Shown here piece after piece: positions 1 through 9,525 of a stretch of DNA of 64,000 nucleotides. The notes under the pieces are model-generated. The model was not told where the DNA came from. It did not search any database and saw only the letters and a list, made by a program, of their open reading frames with translations. The stretch comes from an uncultured Planctomycetaceae bacterium (GTDB lineage: Bacteria > Planctomycetota > Planctomycetia > Planctomycetales > Planctomycetaceae), in assembly GCA_963815195.1 (NCBI GenBank), contig CAWFGE010000012.1, forward strand, positions 320,001 through 384,000. The letters are read 5' to 3'. The translations under genes were made by a program, and so were the position numbers. Every line of letters begins with the position of its first letter. Positions within the stretch are counted from its first letter, which is position 1.

Positions 1-477
1 CGCCCAGAGCGCTTGAATGTTGTCGGCTTCCTTCGCGAGGGCTTTGTCGTAGGCTTCGGCGGCTTCGGCGAAGCGGCCCACGTCCCGCAGCGCATCGCCC
101 AGTTGAATCCATTGATGCGGATTCCCGATCTGTTGGGCGGCGACTTCCAACTGTTGAATCTCCCGCCCCCGCGACCACCGCTTGAGTCCTTTCGGGATCG
201 CGGCTCCCCCGCCGCCTCGGCTCGGCAGCCAGCGGACGAAGAAATACACCATCGCCGCCGGCGGGATCAAAATCATCACCCAAAACCAGAACTCCCGGTC
301 CGGTTCGTGCTGGTAGCAATGGACGAGCATCCAAATCCAGCCCAGCGTCGTCGCCAGCCAAATCACCGAGGAAAACAACCACAGCCAGGGCAGCCAACCG
401 AGATCGGGTGGCGTCTCCGGCGGTAGCGGCGTCTCCGCGAACAGGACCAACGCGGCCCACTCAATACCAGGAATCAT
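1..477 (-). CDS. Membrane-anchored TPR-type protein, N-terminal part (runs off window; one frameshift near 200-210)
   Basis: Manual translation from ATG 477 (GGAG upstream): MIPGIEWAAL...WIWMLVHCYQHEPDREFWFWVMILIPPAAMVYFFVRWLP (hydrophobic helices). In a shifted frame it continues ...QLGDALRDVGRFAEAAEAYDKALAKEADNIQALW (TPR-like). Confidence 0.65.
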   Translation of the reverse strand, partial: MIPGIEWAALVLFAETPLPPETPPDLGWLPWLWLFSSVIWLATTLGWIWMLVHCYQHEPDREFWFWVMILIPPAAMVYFFVRWLPSRGGGGAAIPKGLKRWSRGREIQQLEVAAQQIGNPHQWIQLGDALRDVGRFAEAAEAYDKALAKEADNIQALWA

Positions 478-721
478 GAAAGGGTCTCCTTCAGCCAACG
501 TCTGCCCGGCCAACGCCCGGCCGCGGACCAGCATGCTCGATTGGCTATTTTCCCAAACGAGGGATTCTTTTCCAGTCGGTTTGTTCTCGAACGGCGGAAC
601 TTTACGATAGGATGGGGTGGAAAATCCAATCCATGAGCCCGGTCACCGATCAGAATATTTCAAGATTCCCCGTGAGCCGTTCAATCCGTGGTTCTTCTTT
701 TCTGAACGAATGGATGACGAC

Positions 722-2419
722 ATGAAACAATCGCAGCGACAGCCCGCTTCCATCTGCATGCTTTTGTGGCTTATGTTGCTGGTGGTTTTGGCGGGACCGC
801 AGTTGGGCATGGCTCAGAGGAACGCCGCGGCCGAAGCGTGGATCGACCCCCAAGGAATTTCCGGATCGTTGGTGATCGTCGGTGGCGGGGCGCTGCCGGA
901 GTCGGTCGAGAAACACTTCGTGCAATTGGCGGGCGGCGAAAAGGCGAAGCTCATCATCGTGCCCACGGCCCAATCCCGACCGGAAGACCTGAAAGCCGAC
1001 GATCTCGCCAAACGCTGGGCCGATTTGGGAATTCCCTCGGCCACGGTGCTGCATGCCCGGAGCCGCCAGGAGGCCAACGACCCGACGTTTCTCGCCCCGC
1101 TCAAAGACGCGACGGCGGTGTGGTTCCTGGGAGGACAGCAATCGCGGCTCGCGGCGGCTTACCAGGGGACCGCGTTTGAAGCCGAGCTGAAAAACCTGCT
1201 CAAGCGCGGCGGCGTGATCGGCGGCACATCGGCGGGGGCCGCGATCCAGTCCCGCGTGATGATCGCCAGCGGCCAAAGCGAACCGAACATCCAAACCGGC
1301 TTGGGTCTCCTGCCGGCGCAGATTATCGATCAGCACTTCACCCAACGAAAGCGTCAGCCCCGCTTGCGGTCGGCCGTCAAACAGCATCCCGAATGCGTGG
1401 GCCTGGGCATTGATGAAGGCACCGCGCTCATCGTGGGCACGAAAGCCGGCCGAATGAGCCCCGCCGACCGCGGCCGCACGATAGGGGTCCTGGGGAGCGG
1501 CGAAGTCACCGTGATCCTCGCGGCCTCGGCCAATAAACCCATGAAAGAATACCGCGTCAAGGAGGGACAACTTCTCGATCTCGTGCAGCTCCGCCGGGCC
1601 GCGCGGGACCGCCTCGCGAATTTCCCGGCGGAACCGGCGGGCGTTCCCAACGTGCCCAAAGGCTCGCTGGTGATCATCGGCGGCGGGGCGATGCCCGCCG
1701 ATGTCGTCGCGAAGATTCTCGAACTCGCCGGCGGTCCCGAGGCGAAGATCGTGGCCTTGCCCGCCGCGCACACGCCCGAACGCGCCGACCGCGAAGGCAA
1801 GCCGAGCTACTTCCTCAAAGCGGGGGCGAAGAACATCACGGTCTTAAAAGCCCGCGGACCGGAGGAATTGTCCCAACCCGAAGCGGTCCAGGCTCTGAAG
1901 GAAGCCGACTGCGTGTGGTTCGGCGGCGGCCGGCAGTGGCGGTTCGTCGATGCCTACGCCGGCACACCCGCGTTGGAACTCTTTCACGATGTGCTTCGCC
2001 GGGGCGGGGTGATCTGCGGCAGTTCGGCGGGGGCTTCGATCCAAGGCGAATACCTGGCCCGCGCGGATGCGATCACCAATCGGCTCATCATGGCGGAAGG
2101 CTACGAACAGGGATTCCGCTTCCTGCCCGGCACCGCCATCGACCAGCACTTCGCCCAGCGCAAACGTTTCGACGATCTGAGCCGCCTCGTTACCGCCTAT
2201 CCCCAATACCTCGGCATCGGCATCGATGAAGCGACCGCGATCGTCGTCCGCGGCCAAACCGCGGAAGTCCTCGGCCGAAACCAGGTCCACTTCTTCAATG
2301 CCAAAGAGACCGGCGACGATACCCAAGCCCCCTACGAAAGCCTCTCCGCCGGTGCCCTGTATGATCTCGCCAACCGCCAGCGGCTCCGCCCCGCTGTCGC
2401 GGCGAAACCCGCCCGGTAG
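722..2419 (+). CDS. Exported cyanophycinase-like serine peptidase (S51 family), two tandem domains
   Basis: Two repeats of the S51 pattern: G.LVIVGGG...GGQQSR...GGTSAGA...IIDQHF...GIDE and G.LVIIGGG...GGRQWR...CGSSAGA...AIDQHF...GIDE. N-terminal hydrophobic signal-like segment. Start uncertain (ORF open from 617). Confidence 0.85.
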   Translation: MKQSQRQPASICMLLWLMLLVVLAGPQLGMAQRNAAAEAWIDPQGISGSLVIVGGGALPESVEKHFVQLAGGEKAKLIIVPTAQSRPEDLKADDLAKRWADLGIPSATVLHARSRQEANDPTFLAPLKDATAVWFLGGQQSRLAAAYQGTAFEAELKNLLKRGGVIGGTSAGAAIQSRVMIASGQSEPNIQTGLGLLPAQIIDQHFTQRKRQPRLRSAVKQHPECVGLGIDEGTALIVGTKAGRMSPADRGRTIGVLGSGEVTVILAASANKPMKEYRVKEGQLLDLVQLRRAARDRLANFPAEPAGVPNVPKGSLVIIGGGAMPADVVAKILELAGGPEAKIVALPAAHTPERADREGKPSYFLKAGAKNITVLKARGPEELSQPEAVQALKEADCVWFGGGRQWRFVDAYAGTPALELFHDVLRRGGVICGSSAGASIQGEYLARADAITNRLIMAEGYEQGFRFLPGTAIDQHFAQRKRFDDLSRLVTAYPQYLGIGIDEATAIVVRGQTAEVLGRNQVHFFNAKETGDDTQAPYESLSAGALYDLANRQRLRPAVAAKPAR

Positions 2420-2489
2420 GGAAGACCACGAAAGATACGACTGAACCCAACGCAATTCAGGATGTTTGCGATCCCATCTCGGATCGACC

Positions 2490-4199
2490 TCACGGACTCT
2501 CCCCGCTGGGCGGCTGCGACAGAAATTCCAATCGCCCGGCCAGATGGCGGACGAGGATTTGCGACAAAAGGCGATGTCCGGAGGCGGTCATGTGGCTGTC
2601 GATTGGATAGAACAACTCCTCGCCGGCGGCGCACGCCTCGCGAAACCGCACGAGCGGATCGACGCAGTCGATGCCGTTTCGCCGGCAGAAATCCAGAGCG
2701 AGGTCGTTCTGCCGCCGGCTGGTGAGCATCTCCGGACTCGTGGCGATGGTCCATTCCCGAAGCATGGCGACCGCCGCCGGATCGACCTGGTACGGGTGCG
2801 GGATGACGAGCAGGCAGAAACGACTCGGCCGGTCCTTCGCGAGTCGGGCGATCTCCTTCAGAACGTCCTCGCATAGCCGCCATTCCGCGAGCATCGCAGG
2901 TTCTGTGCCTTCGTCGAGAAACATGGATTTCAACAGGCCTCGCGGGCGCTGGATGGCGGAGACCATCAACGCCGGGTTGATGTCCCGCCGGAGGGCCCGA
3001 TCGATCCAACCGCGTTGTTGAAGCCAATCCCGCCGCTCTCGTTCCACTTCGGACAGAGGCTTGGAAAGCGCCAGTCCCAGTTCGTTGGGCGTCTGGAAAA
3101 TTCGATCCGGCTCGCCTGGCGTACGCCCGGCTTGGAGTCTTTCCCGCCAATCGGCGAGCGGCCGCAACGCCCCGCGATACAGCAACCGGCAACAAACGGA
3201 GTGCATCAAGAAATTCTCCCGGCTTTCCCGCAAAATGTCCGATTTGAGCTTTGCCAGTTGCTCCGAAGTCCGCGGCACATACGGCTGCCGGACCGGGCAA
3301 TCGTTTAAGGGATAATAGCCCAGGATCAGCAAATCCGGATCGAGGTTTTCGATCGCCAGGCGGACGTACTGCAAATATTCGCCCGGCCCCGCGCCCCGGC
3401 GGGAGACGTTGACGACTTCCGCGAGCTTCCATCCGTATTCGTTTCGCAGGAGGTTTTGCAGCCGCCGGGGATAGGTCTCGTCATCGTTCACGCCTTGGCC
3501 GAAGGTGATGGAATCTCCAATGACGACAATGCGAAACCGGCCGAGGTGCTCGCGTTCGACAAACGCGGGTTCGCGAAGGCCCTGCGAATTGGTGGTCACG
3601 ACGGTGTCGAACTCGTCCGACTTCCAGCGCACGCGGATGTTGGGCGGATTCAAATTCCAGCCGTAAAGCGGTTCGATGTCCGCGATTCGCCCGGCGATTT
3701 CCACAAACAGGATGGCCGCGGCGACGCTGACCATCACCGCGGATATCCGCAGCAGGATTTCACGCCTCCCGACTTTGCCTCGATCCACAAACAACACCCA
3801 GCCAAGCCAAAGCGCGACCGCGACAGCAAGGTCGGCCATCGCGAACAGCAACCGGCGACCGAGTTCCGCCGCCGGCCCCACCATCACCAATCCGCACAAC
3901 GCCGCCCACCACAACAGCACCGGCCCCGCCAAGGCCGTCACCACCCGCAACCGGCTCCGGCGAATCCAACCCAAAACCGGCGATCCGCCGGCTTTCGTTT
4001 TGCGTTGAGAAATCGCGCACAGGCACCAAGCCGCGGTGGCCGCGAGCAACAGGCACGCGTAGGCGACGATCAAGAAAAACAGCCGCCGGGACCAGCGGTC
4101 GAGCACCGCGGCGTCGTGGCTGGTATAAAACACCAGTGCCCAAAACGGCGGCCAGAGCAAACCGTAAATTCCCCAGAGCAGGGTTCTTGACGAAAACAT
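2490..4199 (-). CDS. Membrane-bound SGNH/GDSL hydrolase-like protein
   Basis: Several N-terminal TM helices, NSQGLR, GDSITFG (block I) and a C-terminal D-S-H (PIDSHMTASGH). Confidence 0.8.
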   Translation of the reverse strand: MFSSRTLLWGIYGLLWPPFWALVFYTSHDAAVLDRWSRRLFFLIVAYACLLLAATAAWCLCAISQRKTKAGGSPVLGWIRRSRLRVVTALAGPVLLWWAALCGLVMVGPAAELGRRLLFAMADLAVAVALWLGWVLFVDRGKVGRREILLRISAVMVSVAAAILFVEIAGRIADIEPLYGWNLNPPNIRVRWKSDEFDTVVTTNSQGLREPAFVEREHLGRFRIVVIGDSITFGQGVNDDETYPRRLQNLLRNEYGWKLAEVVNVSRRGAGPGEYLQYVRLAIENLDPDLLILGYYPLNDCPVRQPYVPRTSEQLAKLKSDILRESRENFLMHSVCCRLLYRGALRPLADWRERLQAGRTPGEPDRIFQTPNELGLALSKPLSEVERERRDWLQQRGWIDRALRRDINPALMVSAIQRPRGLLKSMFLDEGTEPAMLAEWRLCEDVLKEIARLAKDRPSRFCLLVIPHPYQVDPAAVAMLREWTIATSPEMLTSRRQNDLALDFCRRNGIDCVDPLVRFREACAAGEELFYPIDSHMTASGHRLLSQILVRHLAGRLEFLSQPPSGESP

Positions 4200-4242
4200 G
4201 TCGGGGTTCCCGTGGTGAGGATGGAACCAGTCGTCTCTATAT

Positions 4243-4422
4243 TACTCAAACCGTAAGTCAAAAATGCAGGGGCGCAAAGGAATGTTCCAAGGGAAAAGCA
4301 GATTTGAGGCCTGGGGCCGTGTGAGATTTTTCTCGCCCGGCCATAGCCCCAGCATTCGTAGTTCAAGCCTTATTCCAAAGGGGATTCGCGCCCCAGCCAC
4401 CCAAACGCTTACAGTTTGAGTA
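4243..4422 (-). mobile_element. MITE family M1, copy 1 (180 bp, non-autonomous)
   Basis: Terminal inverted repeats TACTCAAACCGTAAG...CTTACAGTTTGAGTA, flanked by TAT/TAT. Reverse-complement homolog of 7639-7802 and 7902-8075. Confidence 0.85.
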
Positions 4423-4532
4423 TATTAGCCATTGGTTTGATTGAGACAAAGTCGGCCGCGGGAGTACCCTATGAAAAGACGTTTCGATGCGGACGCACGC
4501 GACACCCGCCCCGTTTCCGGAAGGGAGGCCCA

Positions 4533-5261
4533 GTGGCCATTGAGGCAATGACCGAACAGAAAACGCTGCTCTCCCTGCGAAACGTGGAGAAAGTTTACCG
4601 CATGGGCGACGTGAAAGTGCCCGTGCTGCACGGCATCGATTTGGATCTGGACGCGGGCGAGCTCGTCGTGCTCGTCGGGCCGTCGGGGTCGGGGAAAAGC
4701 ACGCTCCTCAATATCATCGGCGGCATCGACACGCCCACCGCGGGCGACGTGTTCTTCGAAGGACGAAACCTCACTCACGCCGGCGAAGCCGAGTTGACGC
4801 TCTACCGCCGGCGGAACGTGGGCTTTGTGTTCCAGTTCTATAACCTCGTGCCCACGCTGACCGCGGTGGAAAATGTGATGGTCTCGACCGAGATCAGCAG
4901 CCAGCCCATGCCGCCCTTGGAGGCCCTCAAACTCGTCGGCTTGGAGCACCGGCTCGATCACTTTCCCGCGCAGCTGTCCGGCGGCGAGCAGCAGCGGGTC
5001 GCCATCGCCCGCGCCGTCGCCAAGAACCCCAAGCTGCTTCTCTGCGATGAACCCACCGGGGCGCTCGATTTGGAGACGGGCCGAAAGATTCTCGGCGTCA
5101 TTCGCCGCCTGAACGTCGAGCTGGGCATGACCGTGATGATCATCACCCACAACTCCGCCATCAGCGGGATGAGCGACCGCACGCTCCGCATCGGGTCCGG
5201 CACGATCGCCGCGTCCGAAATCAATACGCAGCCCATCTTGCCGGAGGAGATCGCCTGGTGA
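4533..5261 (+). CDS. ABC transporter ATP-binding protein (LolD/MacB-like)
   Basis: Walker A GPSGSGKS, signature LSGGEQQR, Walker B LLCDEPTG, H-loop ITHN. GTG 4533 follows AAGGGAGG; alternative ATG 4548. Confidence 0.92.
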   Translation: MAIEAMTEQKTLLSLRNVEKVYRMGDVKVPVLHGIDLDLDAGELVVLVGPSGSGKSTLLNIIGGIDTPTAGDVFFEGRNLTHAGEAELTLYRRRNVGFVFQFYNLVPTLTAVENVMVSTEISSQPMPPLEALKLVGLEHRLDHFPAQLSGGEQQRVAIARAVAKNPKLLLCDEPTGALDLETGRKILGVIRRLNVELGMTVMIITHNSAISGMSDRTLRIGSGTIAASEINTQPILPEEIAW

Positions 5262-7636
5262 GCGTGCTCGACCGCAAGCTTCGGCGGGAACTCTTCGCCT
5301 CCAAGGGCGTCCTGGCGGCGATCGTCGCCATCATCGCCGTGGGCATTTGCTGCTTCGTGGGCATGACGTCGCTGTACTTCAACTTGAACGATTCGAGGCG
5401 AAGCTATTACGCCCAGTGCCGGATGGCGGATTTCTCGGTGGAGCTGAAAAAACTCCCCTTAAACGAATTGAACCGCATCGAATCGCTCCAGGGAATCACG
5501 GAGCTGCATCCGCGAATTACGTTTCCCGTCACCGCCGATCTCGACGATGTGATCAAACCCGTCAGCGGGCGGATCATTTCGCTCCCGGACGAGCCGGCTC
5601 CGGTCATCGATAACATTCTGCTCCGGCGGGGCGGCTACTTCACCCAAGGACGCCGGGAGGAAGTCATCGTCAACGATGCCTTCGCCCGGGAACATCACCT
5701 CAAGCCCGGCGATTCGCTGCATTTGCTGCTTAACAATCGCCGGCAAAAACTGACGATCGTGGGCACGGCGATCAGTGCCGAGTTCGTGTATATCGTCAGC
5801 CCCGGCTCCTTCGTGCCTGATCCCGAGACCTTCGGGATCTTCTATCTGAAGCACAGCTTCGCGGAGGAGGTTTACGATTTCCAAGGCGCCTGCAACCAGA
5901 TTGTCGGCCTGTTGAGCCCCGATGTCCGCGAGCGGCCCGATCGTTTGCTCGACGAGATCGAACGCCGGCTGGATGCCTACGGCGTATTCTCCACCACGCC
6001 CCGCCGCGACCAGCCGTCGCATCTGTTTTTGATGAGCGAGATCGAAGGGCTGCGGATCAATGCGACCGTGGTGCCGGGCATCTTTTTGGGCGTTGCGGCT
6101 TTGATTTTGAACGTGCTGATGATGCGGATCGCCGAGCAGCAGCGGACGATCGTGGGCACGCTCAAAGCCTTGGGCTATTCCAATCGGCAGTTGTTCGGGC
6201 ATTACGTCCGGTTCGGCCTGGTGATCGGGGTCTTGGGCGGAGCGTTGGGACTCGCCGGCGGTTATGCCCTCGCGGGCGGGATGACGCAGGTCTATTTGCA
6301 GTTCTATGAATTTCCCCGGCTCGTGAATCGGCCGTATTGGACGATCCTTGCGGCGGGAATGTTGATCAGCATGGCCTTCGCGGTGCTGGGGACGCTGCGG
6401 GGCATCCACACGATTTTGAAGCTCGCCCCCGCGGAAGCCATGCGGCCCAAACCGCCCGCCAAAGGGCACCGCACGCTGCTGGAGCGGATTCGCGTGTTGT
6501 GGAACCGGCTCGATTTTCGCTGGCAGTTGGTTTTGCGCGGCGTCTTTCGGCAGCGGATGCGGACGTTCGCGGGCGTGATGGCCGCGGCTTCGGGGGCGAG
6601 TTTGTTGCTGTTGACGTTTCATCTCCGCGATGCCACGCATGAAATGATCGAGTTCCAATTCGACAAGGTCATGCGCAGCGATTACGATTTGACCTTCAAA
6701 GACGAGCGGGACATCGCCGCCTATGATGAGGCCCGCCGGCTGCCGGGCGTCGATTTCGTGGAGCCACAGTTTCACGTCGGCTGCAAATTCCGGCACGGGC
6801 CGCGCGAAAAGCAGGGCGGCATCACGGGGTTGTTGCCCGACTCCCGGTTGACGATCCCCCGCGAAGCCGGCGGGGAACGGATCAAAATTCCCAAAGCCGG
6901 GCTGGTGCTCACCCGGCGGCTGGCGGATTCGCTCGGCGTCCGCGTGGGGCAAGCCGTCACCATCGAACCGGTGGACGGCCGCAAACAGCCGTTTCAGATG
7001 CCCGTGATGCAAATCGTCGACAGCTACATGGGCACGGCCGCGTATGCAGACATTTACACCCTGAACCGCCTCGTGGGAGAAAGCGACACGATCACGACCC
7101 TGCAGCTCAAAGTCCAACCCGGCCGGGAAGCGGAGCGGCGGTTCTATCGGGAACTCAAACGCCTGCCCGTCGTCCAAGCCGTCACGCCCGTCCGCGACAA
7201 CAAAGAAACCCTCGTCCGCCTGGTCGTCGATAAGATGTGGATCTCGATCTCGGTGATTATGGCGTTCGCCGGGCTGATCTTTTTCGGTAGCGTGCTGAAC
7301 GCGTCGCTGATTTCCCTCGCCGAGCGCGGGCAGGAAATCGCCACGCTCCGCGTGCTGGGTTACACGCCGCGGGAGGTGGGGTCGATCTTCCTCCGCGAAA
7401 GCCTGTGCATCAACCTTGCCGGCAGCCTGCTGGGCCTCTGCATCGGGTATTGGCTGAGCTGGCAGATCGGGCGGATGTGGAACACGGACCTGTTCCGCAT
7501 GCCGTTCGTGATCCACTGGGACAGTTGGCTCTGGCCCATCGTCGCCGGGGTCTCGTTCACGCTCCTCGCCCACATCCCGGTCCACAAAAGCATCCGCAGC
7601 ATGAACGTTGCGGAATCGCTGAACGTGAAGGAGTGA
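5258..7636 (+). CDS. ABC transporter permease (duplicated FtsX/MacB-type, 792 aa)
   Basis: Two FtsX-like halves (QRTIVGTLKALGY; ERGQEIATLRVLGY). GTGA overlap with the ATPase gene. Confidence 0.9.
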   Translation: MSVLDRKLRRELFASKGVLAAIVAIIAVGICCFVGMTSLYFNLNDSRRSYYAQCRMADFSVELKKLPLNELNRIESLQGITELHPRITFPVTADLDDVIKPVSGRIISLPDEPAPVIDNILLRRGGYFTQGRREEVIVNDAFAREHHLKPGDSLHLLLNNRRQKLTIVGTAISAEFVYIVSPGSFVPDPETFGIFYLKHSFAEEVYDFQGACNQIVGLLSPDVRERPDRLLDEIERRLDAYGVFSTTPRRDQPSHLFLMSEIEGLRINATVVPGIFLGVAALILNVLMMRIAEQQRTIVGTLKALGYSNRQLFGHYVRFGLVIGVLGGALGLAGGYALAGGMTQVYLQFYEFPRLVNRPYWTILAAGMLISMAFAVLGTLRGIHTILKLAPAEAMRPKPPAKGHRTLLERIRVLWNRLDFRWQLVLRGVFRQRMRTFAGVMAAASGASLLLLTFHLRDATHEMIEFQFDKVMRSDYDLTFKDERDIAAYDEARRLPGVDFVEPQFHVGCKFRHGPREKQGGITGLLPDSRLTIPREAGGERIKIPKAGLVLTRRLADSLGVRVGQAVTIEPVDGRKQPFQMPVMQIVDSYMGTAAYADIYTLNRLVGESDTITTLQLKVQPGREAERRFYRELKRLPVVQAVTPVRDNKETLVRLVVDKMWISISVIMAFAGLIFFGSVLNASLISLAERGQEIATLRVLGYTPREVGSIFLRESLCINLAGSLLGLCIGYWLSWQIGRMWNTDLFRMPFVIHWDSWLWPIVAGVSFTLLAHIPVHKSIRSMNVAESLNVKE

Positions 7637-7638
7637 TT

Positions 7639-7802
7639 AACACAAACGGTAAGCGTTTGGGTGGCTGGGGCGCAAGTCCCTCTTGGAACAAGGCTAGAAC
7701 TGCGAAAGCTGGGGCTGTGGCCGGGCGAGAAAATCTCACACGGCCCCAGGCCTCAAATCTGCTTTTTCCTTGGAACATCCCATTTCGCCCCAGCCACCCT
7801 GC
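7639..7802 (+). mobile_element. MITE family M1, copy 2 (right TIR lost at the duplication junction)
   Basis: Begins AACACAAACGGTAAGCGTTTGGGTGG and matches the other copies up to ...CCTGCC, then runs into the duplicated gene tail. Confidence 0.8.
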
Positions 7803-7901
7803 CGTCGCCAGGGTCTCGTTCACGCTCCTCGCCCACGTCCCGGTCCACAAAAGCATCCGCAGCATGAACGTCGCGGAATCGCTGAACGTGAAGGAGTGAT
7901 T

Positions 7902-8075
7902 AACACAAACTGTAAGCGTTTGGGTGGCTGGGGCGCAAGTCCCCTTGGAACAAGGCTAGAACTGCGAATGCTGGGGCTGTGGCCGGGCGAGAAAAATCCC
8001 ACACGGCCCCAGGCCTCAAATCTGCTTTTTCCTTGGAACATTCCATTGCGCCCCTGCCGACTTACAGTTTGCGTA
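7902..8075 (+). mobile_element. MITE family M1, copy 3 (174 bp)
   Basis: AACACAAACTGTAAG...CTTACAGTTTGCGTA, flanked by ATT/ATT. Confidence 0.85.
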
Positions 8076-8089
8076 ATTAAGCCGGACCG

Positions 8090-9359
8090 TCAGGGTTTGA
8101 GTTTCGTCATGTGGCCGGGGCAGGTCCACAGGAGGGGCGGCGTGTCCGCGGGCTGAAACGGCACGCGCTCGAGCCGGCCCCGGACCGACCAGCGTTCCCC
8201 GACGCGGGCCGGGTTTTCCGTCGTCTTGATGTCCCGATACAGAAAGCCCTGGATGATCGTCCCGGACCCGTCGTCCAAGGCGAACATCGCGTTCGTGCGA
8301 TCCACCACGGTGCCCGTGAGCTTGACCAGAATCCCCCTTGCCGGGCTTCAAAGCCGCCGCGGCCTTGGCGGTGAGTTCGGTGATCTTGGGCGGCGAGGCG
8401 TCCGCAGCGGGCTCGAAGTTGTAGGTGATGTGTTTGCCGTCGATGCCCAGCGTGAACCAGTCCACATAGCCTTGGAAACCCCGATAGTCGTTGGCCCAGC
8501 GGACGGTGTCGGAACCGTAGACGGCGGCGAATTCCTTCCGCGCTCCGATCACAAAGTTCAAGCAGGTGCCCGTGGCGGTGGAGGCCGGGGCTCCGGGCGG
8601 ATCGGTCTTCTCGTCCCAGCCGGGGCTTTTCCAGCCGCCGTCGGCAGAGGCCTTGTTGGAAGTCGGGACGAGCGTCCAATCGCCGTAGTCCCGGATGACC
8701 TCGGCCCAGGACGCGAACTCCTCTTTTGGCGGACCGAAAGTAAACCACCGCCCGCACATCACGGGGCCGGGCGCGTCCCAGTGGATGGGATCGTAACGGA
8801 GCCATTTCTTGCAGTGCCGGCCGGAGTTTTCGCCGCGGATCTTATGCTTCTGCCAGGGCATGAACCAGAACTGTTTGCGCCTGTGTGCCGTCGGGGCTCT
8901 GGGCCGTGAGTTGGAGTTGAATCAACTGCCTGGGATACGTCCACCACAGTTTCCAACTGCTCCAGTTTTTGGTGTTGGCGGTGCCGACGGGGATGTGGGC
9001 ATTGTAGGCGTAATAATCCAAACGCGTGATCGACTTGAGCGCGACGCCGGCGAGCGGTCGGCCGTCAAAGGTGTCGAGTCCAAGCCAGGCCGTCGGCGGC
9101 GTCGTTCCGCCCTCGAACCCGAGCGCGGCGAAATAGGCTCCTTGCCCCAAGTCCCGGCCGTCCTCGGCCACGAACGGCTGCTCCCGTTCAAATACCGCGG
9201 GGCCGCGATTCGTGAGTTCCCCCGTGCCGCCCTTGTTTGTCGCAATCACCCAACCGTGGCTATTTCCGGGCGAGACCTTGACGACCACATCGTCGCGCGC
9301 AACGCGCCGGAGAAGAGAACGCTCGCCACCCAAACGGCCCACAGGCTGCGCTGGTTCAT
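8090..9359 (-). CDS. Secreted hypothetical protein (Trp-rich beta domain plus C-terminal OB-fold-like domain), split by three frameshifts (~9295, ~8880, ~8340)
   Basis: Consecutive ORF pieces join: signal peptide MNQRSLWAVWVASVLFSGA / DVVVKVSPG...SPDG / KQFWFMPWQ...TYNFEP / ILVKLTGTVVDR..FALDDGSG...KLKP*. Confidence 0.6.
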
Positions 9360-9525
9360 CGGAACGGGTCCTCCAGATTGGGCAAGTTGCAGGAAATCGC
9401 CGCGGCGTAGTTGGATTGTGATTCCACCGGGAGATTTTCGCAACGCGCCGAGCCGCCGGTTTTTCACGGTTGCACCAACCGGTGGCTAGCGCCATACCGC
9501 TCAGTTATTCCTTGAACCATCCTCG

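Larger units (their letters stand above)
7540..8075 (+). repeat. Tandem duplication (263-bp period) of permease 3' end plus MITE M1
   Basis: 7540-7636 matches 7803-7899 (97 bp, 3 mismatches). Each copy is followed by an M1 element at the same position after the TGA. Confidence 0.9.

Noticed and set aside
7803..7899. Duplicated permease 3' end as a DGR template/variable repeat or prophage att site
   Set aside because: The three mismatches are G/A, A/G and T/C (not adenine-specific); no reverse transcriptase or integrase is present; the copies are directly tandem with the MITE.
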